56,802 nt of DNA. It comes from Terriglobales bacterium. Lineage in GTDB: Bacteria > Acidobacteriota > Terriglobia > Terriglobales > Acidobacteriaceae. The notes under the pieces are model-generated. The model was not told the DNA's origin. It saw only the letters and a program-made list of their open reading frames with translations, and ran no database searches. Position numbers and translations under genes: made by a program. Shown here piece after piece: positions 1 through 8,248 of the stretch. The DNA lies in the NCBI GenBank assembly GCA_050012915.1, contig JBEKGG010000001.1, forward strand, positions 1 through 56,802. Direction: 5' to 3'. The first letter of the stretch is position 1. The number at the start of each line of letters is the position of its first letter.

Positions 1-332
1 CGATGGCTTTTGATAAAGACCTTCGGTAAACCGCATACCAGCGGAAACATCGGCGCTCCCGCTAGAACAAGTGGCGCAACAACCGTCATCAACAGAAGGT
101 GCTTGATCATGTGAACGCTGAGTGACCGATGATCGAGTGCGGCGAGTGGAGACGCCAGTGCTGTCCACAAAAGGAGCAGTCCGCTTGTGAATGCAGCGAG
201 ACGCCAGATGGGGATCAGGTTTGGGAGCGCGCTGCGAAGAGAAATCCATCCGCGCAAGTAAATCAACTCTATGCCCAGCAGCAGCGCGCCGAGCGCGAGT
301 GGCCACGACAGCATGTGGGCTGATCCGGACAT
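1..332 (-). CDS. ctaG: Caa3-type cytochrome c oxidase assembly factor CtaG-family membrane protein (5' part only, runs off the window)
   Basis: Absent from the ORF track because it has no stop codon in the window. My translation from the minus-strand ATG at 332 gives MSGSAHMLSWPLALGALLLGIELIYLRGW...SVHMIKHLLLMTVVAPLVLAGAPMFPL. The HMxxHLL..APxL.GAP segment is typical of Bacillus-type CtaG. The gene starts 8 nt after the cytochrome b stop. Confidence 0.6.
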   Translation of the reverse strand, partial: MSGSAHMLSWPLALGALLLGIELIYLRGWISLRSALPNLIPIWRLAAFTSGLLLLWTALASPLAALDHRSLSVHMIKHLLLMTVVAPLVLAGAPMFPLVCGLPKVFIKSH

Positions 333-340
333 GGCCAGGT

Positions 341-1816
341 CTACCGTGGCGGGGCCTCGCTTGCGCCGAGTGACGCCGCTTGAGAAGCATTGCTTGCAGG
401 CTTTTGATTTGCCGGGTGTAGTGTTTCCAGGAATGCGACCAGCGCGGTAGTCTCCGCGGGACTGAGATTTTTCCCGTAGGCTGGCATATTGCCTCCGCCC
501 TGGATCACCTGGCGGATAAGTTGATCTTCGGTGAGGCGCAGAGCGACCTGATCGAGCGCCGGCCCGCGCTGCCCTCCTTTGTCATCCAGCGAATGACAGT
601 TGTGACATTGCTTGGCTTGAAAAACCAGCGCACCATGGCGCTCCAGTGCGGTCCGACCCTGCAGAAATTCAGCCGGAATCGGCTGGCTGCTCCAGGCATC
701 CATCACGGGGCTCCAGGGCGTGTGCTCCGCCAAGTGAGTCAGAGTACCGAGGCTAACTGCGACGAGCAAAACTGTGAGCACGGCAATTGGCCTGCGCTTC
801 CAGCTCTTCTCACCTTCGCCTGCTACAAACGGCAGCGCCAAGAGGACAATGATTCCGATGGCAGGACCAATCAGCAATATGGGCGTCTCGGCTGAAGGAG
901 GCAAGAACGAGAGCAGTGCATACAGCCACAGAAAGAAAAAGTCGGGACGCGGAGCGGTCTGAATAATGGTTGGATCCGGCTGGCCGCTCGGACCGAAGGG
1001 TCCGAAATAGAGCGCGCAGGCAGCGATCGAAAGAAGAATGATACCGGAGAACACGATATCTTTTCCCACTGCGGCGGGCACAAACGGTATGCCATCCTTC
1101 TGCGTCAACTCATGGTACTGCTGTATGTAGGTGGCGCGTCGAACGATGCGACCGGGCATCGGCCATTCGTTGATTCCCAATTTCAGTACCATGAGCAGAT
1201 GCACTCCGACAAAAGCAATGAGAAGTCCTGGGATAACGAAAACGTGCAGTGCAAAAAATCGCGACAGTGTCGCGCCCGCAATGATTGGGCCGCCGAGCAT
1301 GAGGTTCACAGCCCAAGGTCCAATCACCGGAACACGGCTTGCAATCGATGCGCCGATGCCTAATCCCCAATAGGCATCCTGGTCGAATCGCAGTACCTGA
1401 CCGGTAAATGCCATGCCGAGCGTAACCAGTAAGAGGAAGATGCCCACGATCCAAGTTAGTTCTCGAGGAAACTTGTAGGCTCCGAAGAGAAATACTTGCA
1501 CCATATGAATCAGGACAAGCGCAACCATGAAGTTCGATCCCCAGCCGTGCACCGCGCGAATGAACCAACCCAGAGCGATGCCATGATTGAGCGTCTGGAG
1601 GCTGTTCCACGCCTCTCCTGCTGAAGGCACATAGATGAGCGCGAGCAGTATGCCGGTAACAATCTGGAGCATGAAACACATGAGCGCGGCGCTGCCGAAA
1701 ACATAGAACCAACTGGCACTTTCTCGCGGAACCCGGTGCTCCAGCGTCTCGCGGATCGGCGTTCCGAGCTGCAGCCGTAGATCGAACCACTCGCCGAGTT
1801 TTTGGATCAGGCGCAT
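341..1816 (-). CDS. Cytochrome b (b6 plus subunit-IV-like) fused to a C-terminal monoheme cytochrome c domain
   Basis: 491 aa polytopic protein with cytochrome b N-terminal signatures (WFYVFGS, heme-ligand His residues in TM helices, PEWY-region analogue). A C-terminal soluble domain carries a CHNCH heme-c motif followed by GGNMPAYG. It overlaps the Rieske gene stop by 10 nt. Confidence 0.9.
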   Translation of the reverse strand: MRLIQKLGEWFDLRLQLGTPIRETLEHRVPRESASWFYVFGSAALMCFMLQIVTGILLALIYVPSAGEAWNSLQTLNHGIALGWFIRAVHGWGSNFMVALVLIHMVQVFLFGAYKFPRELTWIVGIFLLLVTLGMAFTGQVLRFDQDAYWGLGIGASIASRVPVIGPWAVNLMLGGPIIAGATLSRFFALHVFVIPGLLIAFVGVHLLMVLKLGINEWPMPGRIVRRATYIQQYHELTQKDGIPFVPAAVGKDIVFSGIILLSIAACALYFGPFGPSGQPDPTIIQTAPRPDFFFLWLYALLSFLPPSAETPILLIGPAIGIIVLLALPFVAGEGEKSWKRRPIAVLTVLLVAVSLGTLTHLAEHTPWSPVMDAWSSQPIPAEFLQGRTALERHGALVFQAKQCHNCHSLDDKGGQRGPALDQVALRLTEDQLIRQVIQGGGNMPAYGKNLSPAETTALVAFLETLHPANQKPASNASQAASLGASEAPPR

Positions 1817-2352
1817 GTCGGCTTTCCTCTCGCTTTATTTGCTACGGGCTGACCAGGAGTTGGCATTTCGCCGGCTCTGATGAGAAGTTTTCCATCTTCA
1901 ATTTTGTAGTGGTACTGGAATAATCCCCGCTCGGGTGGACCGGAGGCGCGTGAGCCATCCTGGTAGTAAGCGCCGCCATGGCAGGGACACATGAAGAGAT
2001 TCGATTGCGGGAACCAGCGAACGGGACAGCCCAGATGAGCACAATTTATGGCGAAGACCTGAAACTTCTGACCGTCAACATTCCGCACCCAGCAGGCGAT
2101 ATCGTCGGTTTCACCGTCCCAGGCATCGACCACGGGATTCTTGTAAGTGGCGAGACGTGTCTGACCAGAAGGGAATTGATCCAGACCGCCGAGAGAGAGC
2201 CAAGATTCATAACCGATCTTTTTTCCTCGCGTCACAGGCGACAGGAGGTAGCGCACGATTGGTATGGCCAAGGCCACGCCGACAATTCCGTTAAGAAACA
2301 ATCCCAGCTTCACCAGGGCTGCGCGTCTGGAAATTCCGTTTTCTGAACTCAT
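1807..2352 (-). CDS. Rieske [2Fe-2S] subunit of the cytochrome bc complex
   Basis: The two Rieske boxes CAHLGCPV and CPCHGG are present. I prefer the internal start MSSENGISRRAALVKLG (Tat-like RR signal). Its ATG at 2352 forms an ATGA overlap with the upstream cytochrome c stop. The track ORF extends to 2433. Confidence 0.9.
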   Translation of the reverse strand: MSSENGISRRAALVKLGLFLNGIVGVALAIPIVRYLLSPVTRGKKIGYESWLSLGGLDQFPSGQTRLATYKNPVVDAWDGETDDIACWVRNVDGQKFQVFAINCAHLGCPVRWFPQSNLFMCPCHGGAYYQDGSRASGPPERGLFQYHYKIEDGKLLIRAGEMPTPGQPVANKARGKPTCA

Positions 2353-3098
2353 CGAGATCCTCCATTGGCCGGCTTCGTCGAAGCAATCGGGTATGGCTGG
2401 CCCGGGAAATTTGGCCGCTGGCTGGAAAGCCACGCTACGACATCGGAAACCTCCTGCGCAGACATGGGTCGACCCGCGACGTCATTGCGCCAGTCCGGCG
2501 AACCCAGTTCGGGCCGGCCTGCGATCACGATCGTACGAAGTTGTTGGTCGCTTACGAGGGCAAGGTATGATCCATCCACGATCGAGCTGGCTTTTGGTCC
2601 TCCACGACCGTTTGCTCCGTGACACGAAGAACAGTACGCGCGATATGCATCGGCGCCGAGTTGCGGATCTCCGAGAGCCTGTGCTGTATAAGGCGGCGGG
2701 GTTTGATTGCCCAGAGCGTCGGGCTTCGCCCAGGACCGAATCCCATTCACTATGGCGTCGATCTGTTTTTCGGTGAGCATTCCCCCGGCACTCTGCGCGA
2801 AGGCTGGCATGGGAGTGCTGGGCACTCCGTTTGAGGCGGTGTGACGAATGACTTTGTCGTCTGCAATTGCGAGAAAAACCGGGTTAGCCAGGGCAATCGC
2901 GGCTCCGCCCTTGCCATCTGCGCCGTGACATCCCGCGCAATTCTGTCCATAAAGAAGATTGAAGTCGAGGACTTCGCTCGGTGGGATCACTTCCGAGTCG
3001 GCTCGCGGGATGCCGCGCGGAGTCGCGCAGCCAGCGCATGCAAGCAACGCGGCGACTGCAACGATCTCGAGCGCAACGAGAATGGCTCGGTGGTTCAT
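2349..3098 (-). CDS. Diheme c-type cytochrome (membrane/lipid anchored)
   Basis: Two CxxCH motifs (CAGCHGADGKGG and CSSCHGANGRGG). The N-terminal signal has an LLAC lipobox-like cysteine. There is an ATGA-type overlap with the upstream gene at 3095-3098. Confidence 0.85.
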   Translation of the reverse strand: MNHRAILVALEIVAVAALLACAGCATPRGIPRADSEVIPPSEVLDFNLLYGQNCAGCHGADGKGGAAIALANPVFLAIADDKVIRHTASNGVPSTPMPAFAQSAGGMLTEKQIDAIVNGIRSWAKPDALGNQTPPPYTAQALGDPQLGADAYRAYCSSCHGANGRGGPKASSIVDGSYLALVSDQQLRTIVIAGRPELGSPDWRNDVAGRPMSAQEVSDVVAWLSSQRPNFPGQPYPIASTKPANGGSR

Positions 3099-3961
3099 TG
3101 CCGATCACCGTCTCCTTTGTTGTCGCCTGCGGGTCCCGCCGCTTCAATCCCGGCGCGCATAGCGAGGGGAAGGAATTGCCAGGTGCGCACTCGCTCTTGC
3201 TTGGAAACTGTGATGCCGGCGACGACGCCGAATCCGATCTGCGAAATCACAAACCAGACCCAGTCGATCCGCTGGTTGAGAACCGGATCCAGCGCGTCGA
3301 GGATGCTGTGGATCAAGCCAGACCACAGGACCGGGCCAATCACGCCCCCAAGCAGAATCGGGCGGCGAGGAAACATCGGAAGCGCGACGCCATAGAGAAG
3401 ACCAACGAGTACAGAACAGATCAAGTGGAGAATCGTGGAAATGATCAAAGCGTCCCAATGGAAGGCCGCGATTTGCTCAATCGTTCTGCTGGGGAAGAAT
3501 CCAGCGGACAAGAGGTTGATCGGATACCACACACCGTGGCCGCTGATAATTCCGTAAAGCACCGCCAGAATCGCCATGGCCACGCTTCCCGCCAGGCCGC
3601 CTTTGACACCTGCGGAAATCGGATAGATTTCCAGCGGCAGTCGTGCCCGGTGTAGTTCGTGGGTCATCCATTGGACGCGAGCCACTTGCGGGCGGCTGGT
3701 AGTCACGGTCTGCGCTTTCTCCATGATTGGCAGGGATTCCTGTTTTTCGTGGGGCAGGACATCGCGAAACCATCCAATGGATCCGCTCAGGGCTAAGATC
3801 GCGCCCAGAAAACTGACAGACCAACTCGTGACCAGACCTGTAAAAACTAATGTCAAACCGAAGGCCAGAATGATCGGCCACGCTGTAGGCGCCGGCGCTT
3901 CGATGACTTGTTCCCGACCGTCAGCTCGCGTGAGTGTGTCTATACTCATATTCTTTTTCAT
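3095..3961 (-). CDS. Polytopic integral membrane protein of unknown function, located between the oxidase and bc genes
   Basis: 288 aa with about 6-7 predicted hydrophobic helices and no cofactor motif that I recognise. Its start codon abuts the coxC stop (TGAATG junction at 3959-3964). Confidence 0.6.
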   Translation of the reverse strand: MKKNMSIDTLTRADGREQVIEAPAPTAWPIILAFGLTLVFTGLVTSWSVSFLGAILALSGSIGWFRDVLPHEKQESLPIMEKAQTVTTSRPQVARVQWMTHELHRARLPLEIYPISAGVKGGLAGSVAMAILAVLYGIISGHGVWYPINLLSAGFFPSRTIEQIAAFHWDALIISTILHLICSVLVGLLYGVALPMFPRRPILLGGVIGPVLWSGLIHSILDALDPVLNQRIDWVWFVISQIGFGVVAGITVSKQERVRTWQFLPLAMRAGIEAAGPAGDNKGDGDRQ

Positions 3962-4558
3962 TCAGCGACCAACCACATAAACGACGGTGAAGACCACAAT
4001 CCAAACTGCGTCCACGAAATGCCAATAAAGCGACAGGACATCGATGCGCTCGGCGTGCTCTTGCTTCACGTCTCCGAAAACAGTGAAGACCATCACGGTA
4101 GACAGACAAATCAGGCCCACGACCACGTGAAAGCCATGCAGCCCGACTAGTGAGTAATAGGTGGTTCCGAACAAATTCGTGCTGATGGTTAGGCCTTCCT
4201 TGTAAATCAGACGATGCCATTCCGACGCGGTTCCATAGAGGAAAACTGCGCCGAGTACGATCGTCAAAAGCCACCATGCACCAAAACTTCGGATGTTCGC
4301 CCGGCGAAGAGACCTGCTTGCAAAGTGAATCGTCAAACTGCTGGAAAGCAGACAAACCGTATAAAAAATTGGCGGCGAGAGAACCTCTCTCGGCGTAGGT
4401 CCTGAGAGGCTCTTACCAACATAAAAGAGATAGGCCACGACGAAGATGGTGAAGATCGCAGCTTCGGCGCCGATCAGAGCAAACATTCCTACTCGTCCGC
4501 GGCTTGGAAGCCGCCACTCCGGTTCCGTCCGAGGTAGCGTCAAGGATGTCGTAGTCAC
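3962..4558 (-). CDS. coxC: Cytochrome c oxidase subunit III
   Basis: C-terminal sequence is typical of subunit III (FGTTYYSLVGLHGFHVVVG...HFVDAVWIVVF). I place the start at the GTG at 4558, preceded by AGGAG at 6 nt and 13 nt after the coxA C-terminal stop. The longer track ORF (to 4795) overlaps coxA in another frame. Confidence 0.85.
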   Translation of the reverse strand: MTTTSLTLPRTEPEWRLPSRGRVGMFALIGAEAAIFTIFVVAYLFYVGKSLSGPTPREVLSPPIFYTVCLLSSSLTIHFASRSLRRANIRSFGAWWLLTIVLGAVFLYGTASEWHRLIYKEGLTISTNLFGTTYYSLVGLHGFHVVVGLICLSTVMVFTVFGDVKQEHAERIDVLSLYWHFVDAVWIVVFTVVYVVGR

Positions 4559-4571
4559 GGCGCTTGCTCCT

Positions 4572-6210
4572 TCATTCGTACTTCCAGTCGGGATCGTCGG
4601 GATGCTTAAGATCCCAGAGTGGGCGTCGGCTCTTAACCGTTGGAATGACGGCAAAGTTGTATGCGGGAGGCGGAGAATTGGTGGACCATTCGAGAGTCCA
4701 GGCATCCCAGGGATCGCTTCCGGCGGCTTTGCCACGGTAATACGACCAGAGCAGGTTTCCGATGAAGACCAAGATCCCGGTTCCATGTGTCCCAACCGCG
4801 GCCGGGCTCATAGGTGTAGATTCTTCGCGGCATGCCCAGCAATCCGGGGACGTGCATAAAGTCGAAGGTGAGGTGAAACCCGACTAAGAAAAGCCAGAAA
4901 TGCAATTTGCCGAGCGCCTCGTTATACATTTTTCCCGACATCTTGGGGAACCAATAATAAAAGGCACCGAAAAGACAGAAAAGAATGCCACCAACGATTA
5001 CGTAGTGAAAGTGTGCAACCACAAAATACGAATTGCCCAACTGCCAGTCGAATGGGGCTGCGCTCAGCATGACTCCGGTGAGACCCGCAGTCAGGAATTG
5101 GAAAAGAAAAGCGATACAGAACAGCATGGGAGTCTTGAACAGGATCTTTCCTCCCCACATCGTTCCTAGCCAGTTGAAGATCTTGATACCGGTTGGAACG
5201 GCGATCGCCATGGTCGAGATCACGAAAAAAGTGTTCGCGTTTGCGCCCATGCCGACGGTGAACATGTGATGAGCCCACACGCTCATGCTGATGAACCCGA
5301 TGGCGACGGTCGCCCCTACCATCACCGGATAACCGAAGATCGCTTTGCGCGAGAACACGGGAATAATTTCTGAGGCAAAGGCGAAGGCTGGCAGGACGAG
5401 GACATAAACTTCGGGATGTCCGAAAATCCAGAAGAAATGCATCCAAATCACCGCAGAGCCTCCGGCCTGGGTGTCGAAGAAATGTGCGCCCAGATAGCGG
5501 TCAAGCAACAACATAATTTGCGCCGCCGTCAGCGGACTGACAGCAAGTATCACCAGGCCAGCCATTATCAGGTTGAGCCAGGCGTACAACGGCATTTTGC
5601 TCAGCGTCATTCCTGGGCAACGCATGCAAAAAACCGTAGTCACGATATTGATCGCCGTACTAATGCTGCCAAAACCTGAGACCAGCAGCGACAAGGTCCA
5701 GAAATCGGTACTATGGCCAACTGAAAATGTCCGGGCCGTCAGCGGTGCGTAGGCAAACCACCCAACATCGGGGGCGTTTCCCGCACCGTACAATCCATTG
5801 GCTCCTACCAGACTGAAATAGAGAAGCAGGCCGCCGAAAGCAGTCATCCAGAAGCCGAAAGCATTCAGACGCGGAAAAGCCATGTCCCGCGCACCAATCA
5901 TAAGCGGGATCAGATAGTTGGCGAACCCGAACAGGACTGGCATGGCCACGAAGAAAATCATGGTAGTCCCATGCATGGTGAACATCCGGTTGAAAACTTG
6001 TGGCGAAACAAAATCGTAATGCGGACGAATCAGCTGAATGCGCATGACCGTGGCTTCGACTCCACCGATCACGAGAAATACGAGGGCATAAATGATGTAC
6101 AGAATGCCCAGCCGCTTATGATCGACAGTGGTTACCCATTCATGGAGGTGATCGACGAATGTAGGAGACGCTGCGCCCGTACTGGGCCATGCGATGGATT
6201 CAGTCGACAT
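4572..6210 (-). pseudogene. coxA: Cytochrome c oxidase subunit I, reading frame broken near 4773-4782 (frameshift plus probable short deletion, or an assembly error)
   Basis: ORF 4633-6210 matches subunit I up to ...GMPRRIYTYEPGRGWDTWN and then continues as non-homologous sequence. The authentic C-terminus (GILVFIGNLLWSYYRGKAAGSDPWDAWTLEWSTNSPPPAYNF...) is in another frame, in ORF 4572-4811. Only 1 nt separates the last homologous codon of one frame from the first of the other. Confidence 0.7.
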
Positions 6211-6230
6211 TGAAACTTCTCCTCATGGCA

Positions 6231-7280
6231 TTAACGAAGTGTCTCCAGGTAGGCGGTGAGCGCGTCCAACTCCGGATCGCTCAACTGCATTGCCGGCATC
6301 AGGGAGCCGGGTTTGATAACGGCAGGATTTAGAATCCATTGCCGGAGGTTTTCCGGCGTGTTGCTTGCCGCGCCAGCTGCAATCGTGTCTCGGCTCATGA
6401 GATGTGTGAGATCCGGGCCGAAGCGGCCATTGGCCACGGTTCCCGCCACCGCATGGCAGTTGATGCAGGCCGTCGTTTCGAATATTCGTTGCCCTTGAGA
6501 AACGGCGCTACCGATAATCGCCGGTTGACGTTGTTCCTGAATCCACCGAGCGAAGTCATCCTGTGACTGAACGTAGACGCGCAGCAACATCTTGGCGTGT
6601 TGCGTCCCGCAATACTGGGCACACTGACCCAGATACAGGCCGGTTTCATGGGGATCAATCCACATGCTGTTCGGGTGGTTTGGAATCAGATCAGTTTTGC
6701 CCCCGAGCCGCGGGATCCAGAAACTGTGGTCGGTATCAGCCGACAACAACTTGATGAAAGTCGGCGTTGGGTGACTGTCATCGCTAACCGGCACGTGTAG
6801 TTCGTTCGCAGTCACGACTCCGAGCGCTGGATATCGATACTCCCACCAGAACTGGTGGCCAATGGCAACAACCGCGATCGCATTGTCGGGCTGCGCGGCC
6901 TTCTGTATAGTGGCGATCACTCGCGCCGTTGCCATGAACAGTGCGACGACAATCAAGACTGGGATGACAGTCCAGGCTAGTTCCACCTGATTGCTGCCGT
7001 ACACCTGGGGAGGCTCACGACCATCATCGTTCTTTCTCCTCCTGAACTTTACGATCGAGTAAAGTAGCAACCCAAAAACAATCAGAAATATAGCGCCGGT
7101 GACCGAGAGCACAAAAAGAGACAGTCCGAAGATCGATTTGGCTGGGGTCGATGCGGGTGCAAAAATATTGGTCGGGCTCAAAGGCGGGGCGGGATCTGCA
7201 AGCGCCGCGGCTGCACCGCCGAGACAAACAAAAATCTGCGGACCCAGGATGCGCCAGATAGTTGAGCCACGTGATGGCAA
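6231..7280 (-). CDS. coxB: Cytochrome c oxidase subunit II with fused C-terminal cytochrome c domain (caa3-type)
   Basis: CuA motif HSFWIP...CAQYCGTQHAKM, and a C-terminal CINCH heme-c motif. TTG start at 7280 preceded by AAGGAG at 5 nt. Confidence 0.9.
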   Translation of the reverse strand: MPSRGSTIWRILGPQIFVCLGGAAAALADPAPPLSPTNIFAPASTPAKSIFGLSLFVLSVTGAIFLIVFGLLLYSIVKFRRRKNDDGREPPQVYGSNQVELAWTVIPVLIVVALFMATARVIATIQKAAQPDNAIAVVAIGHQFWWEYRYPALGVVTANELHVPVSDDSHPTPTFIKLLSADTDHSFWIPRLGGKTDLIPNHPNSMWIDPHETGLYLGQCAQYCGTQHAKMLLRVYVQSQDDFARWIQEQRQPAIIGSAVSQGQRIFETTACINCHAVAGTVANGRFGPDLTHLMSRDTIAAGAASNTPENLRQWILNPAVIKPGSLMPAMQLSDPELDALTAYLETLR

Positions 7281-7289
7281 TTTGTCTCC

Positions 7290-7505
7290 TTAGCTGATCC
7301 GGATCGCCCTTTTCGGTCGCCCGTCGAACTCGCCTGACAGGGCCCGCTCCCAGACCGGACGCCAATCCGTCAGGCATTGGCCCTGGCACTTGAACTCCAA
7401 GCCGCGGCCACCCATTCTTCCACCGCACTCCGGGCATACGCAATTCAGAATGCCGGATATCACATCTGAATCTGCCCCGCCCGTGCTGCACTTCATGAAC
7501 TGCAT
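7290..7505 (-). CDS. Small Cys-rich zinc-ribbon-like protein, first gene of the oxidase operon
   Basis: 71 aa starting MQFMKCSTGG..., with CVCPECGG and CQGQC motifs. GGGAGG Shine-Dalgarno lies 6 nt upstream of the ATG at 7505. Its stop lies inside the coxB ribosome-binding region. Confidence 0.5.
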   Translation of the reverse strand: MQFMKCSTGGADSDVISGILNCVCPECGGRMGGRGLEFKCQGQCLTDWRPVWERALSGEFDGRPKRAIRIS

Positions 7506-7980
7506 ACCAACCTCCCTATAAAACAGAACTGCCATCCGTGATTTCTCAGGAACGGGTCAGCGTCACGACTTCCTGGCCCGACCCGGCAGCATACAGACCA
7601 AATCGCAAACTGCTTATGCATTTTCTATTCCAAAGCGCACCTCTGAGTTTTTTAGCATTCGAGTTTAAAAAGACGCAACAAAAGTCTGCGCCGAGCATCA
7701 GAGCCAGCATATGCAAATGCGCCAGAGCAAAGGCCGCTTTCGCAGTCCCGCCCCCAATAGACGCCCGTCCCACTACGAAGGTGTCCTTTGCTCGCTCATC
7801 CTCTGAAAAAGATACTGAAACCGCCAGCCGTAGCCGCCTGAATGCACACCGTCAGCCGAGTCAACAGGCGGAGGGCGAACCGTCAAAATATTGACATGGC
7901 AGTGGCATGTCGAACCAAGCTGTTCGATCGGTAACGTTAGAACAACCGACAGCATTATGCTTGGCCGGACGACGCCGAGC

Positions 7981-7996
7981 TGGCATTGCAGGTGCT
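7981..7996 (+). promoter_or_regulatory. Sigma-54-like -24/-12 element (TGGCAT-N6-GTGCT)
   Basis: TGGCATTGCAGGTGCT has the GG-N10-GC spacing of sigma-54 promoters. It sits in a long spacer upstream of fumC. The match to TGGCAC-N5-TTGCW is imperfect. Confidence 0.15.
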
Positions 7997-8171
7997 ATGA
8001 GGCATTGTGGTTTAGAGGGTTGGCCACGTACAGAGCGACATTGAAACAATCACCCGGCACTGAGCGTTCAAATGCTGACACCGCGCGCAGCGAAAAGGAA
8101 GGAAGCAGAATGTTCGACACCGGAAAGGCCCTGACATGTACGGATTCCAGCCGGCCGGGTCGCAACCAGTT

Positions 8172-8187
8172 TGGCATCGCGAGTGCT
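8172..8187 (+). promoter_or_regulatory. Sigma-54-like -24/-12 element (TGGCAT-N6-GTGCT)
   Basis: TGGCATCGCGAGTGCT has correct GG-N10-GC spacing and lies 62 nt upstream of the fumC GTG start. It shares the same degenerate pattern as the element at 7981. Confidence 0.2.
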
Positions 8188-8248
8188 TTTGAAGTAGCCG
8201 CTCGCGGATAAGAACGGAATTCTTTCAACCGGAAATGAAGGAGTCAAT

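Noticed and set aside
1110-1790. 226-aa ORF in an alternative frame of the cytochrome b gene
   Set aside because: It is an alternative-frame artefact of the same strand. The cytochrome b frame carries all conserved motifs.
7538-8211. Two plus-strand ORFs (118 aa and 106 aa) in the spacer upstream of fumC
   Set aside because: They have no Shine-Dalgarno sequences, compositionally odd Ser/Ala/Arg-rich translations and no motifs. I treat the region as noncoding.
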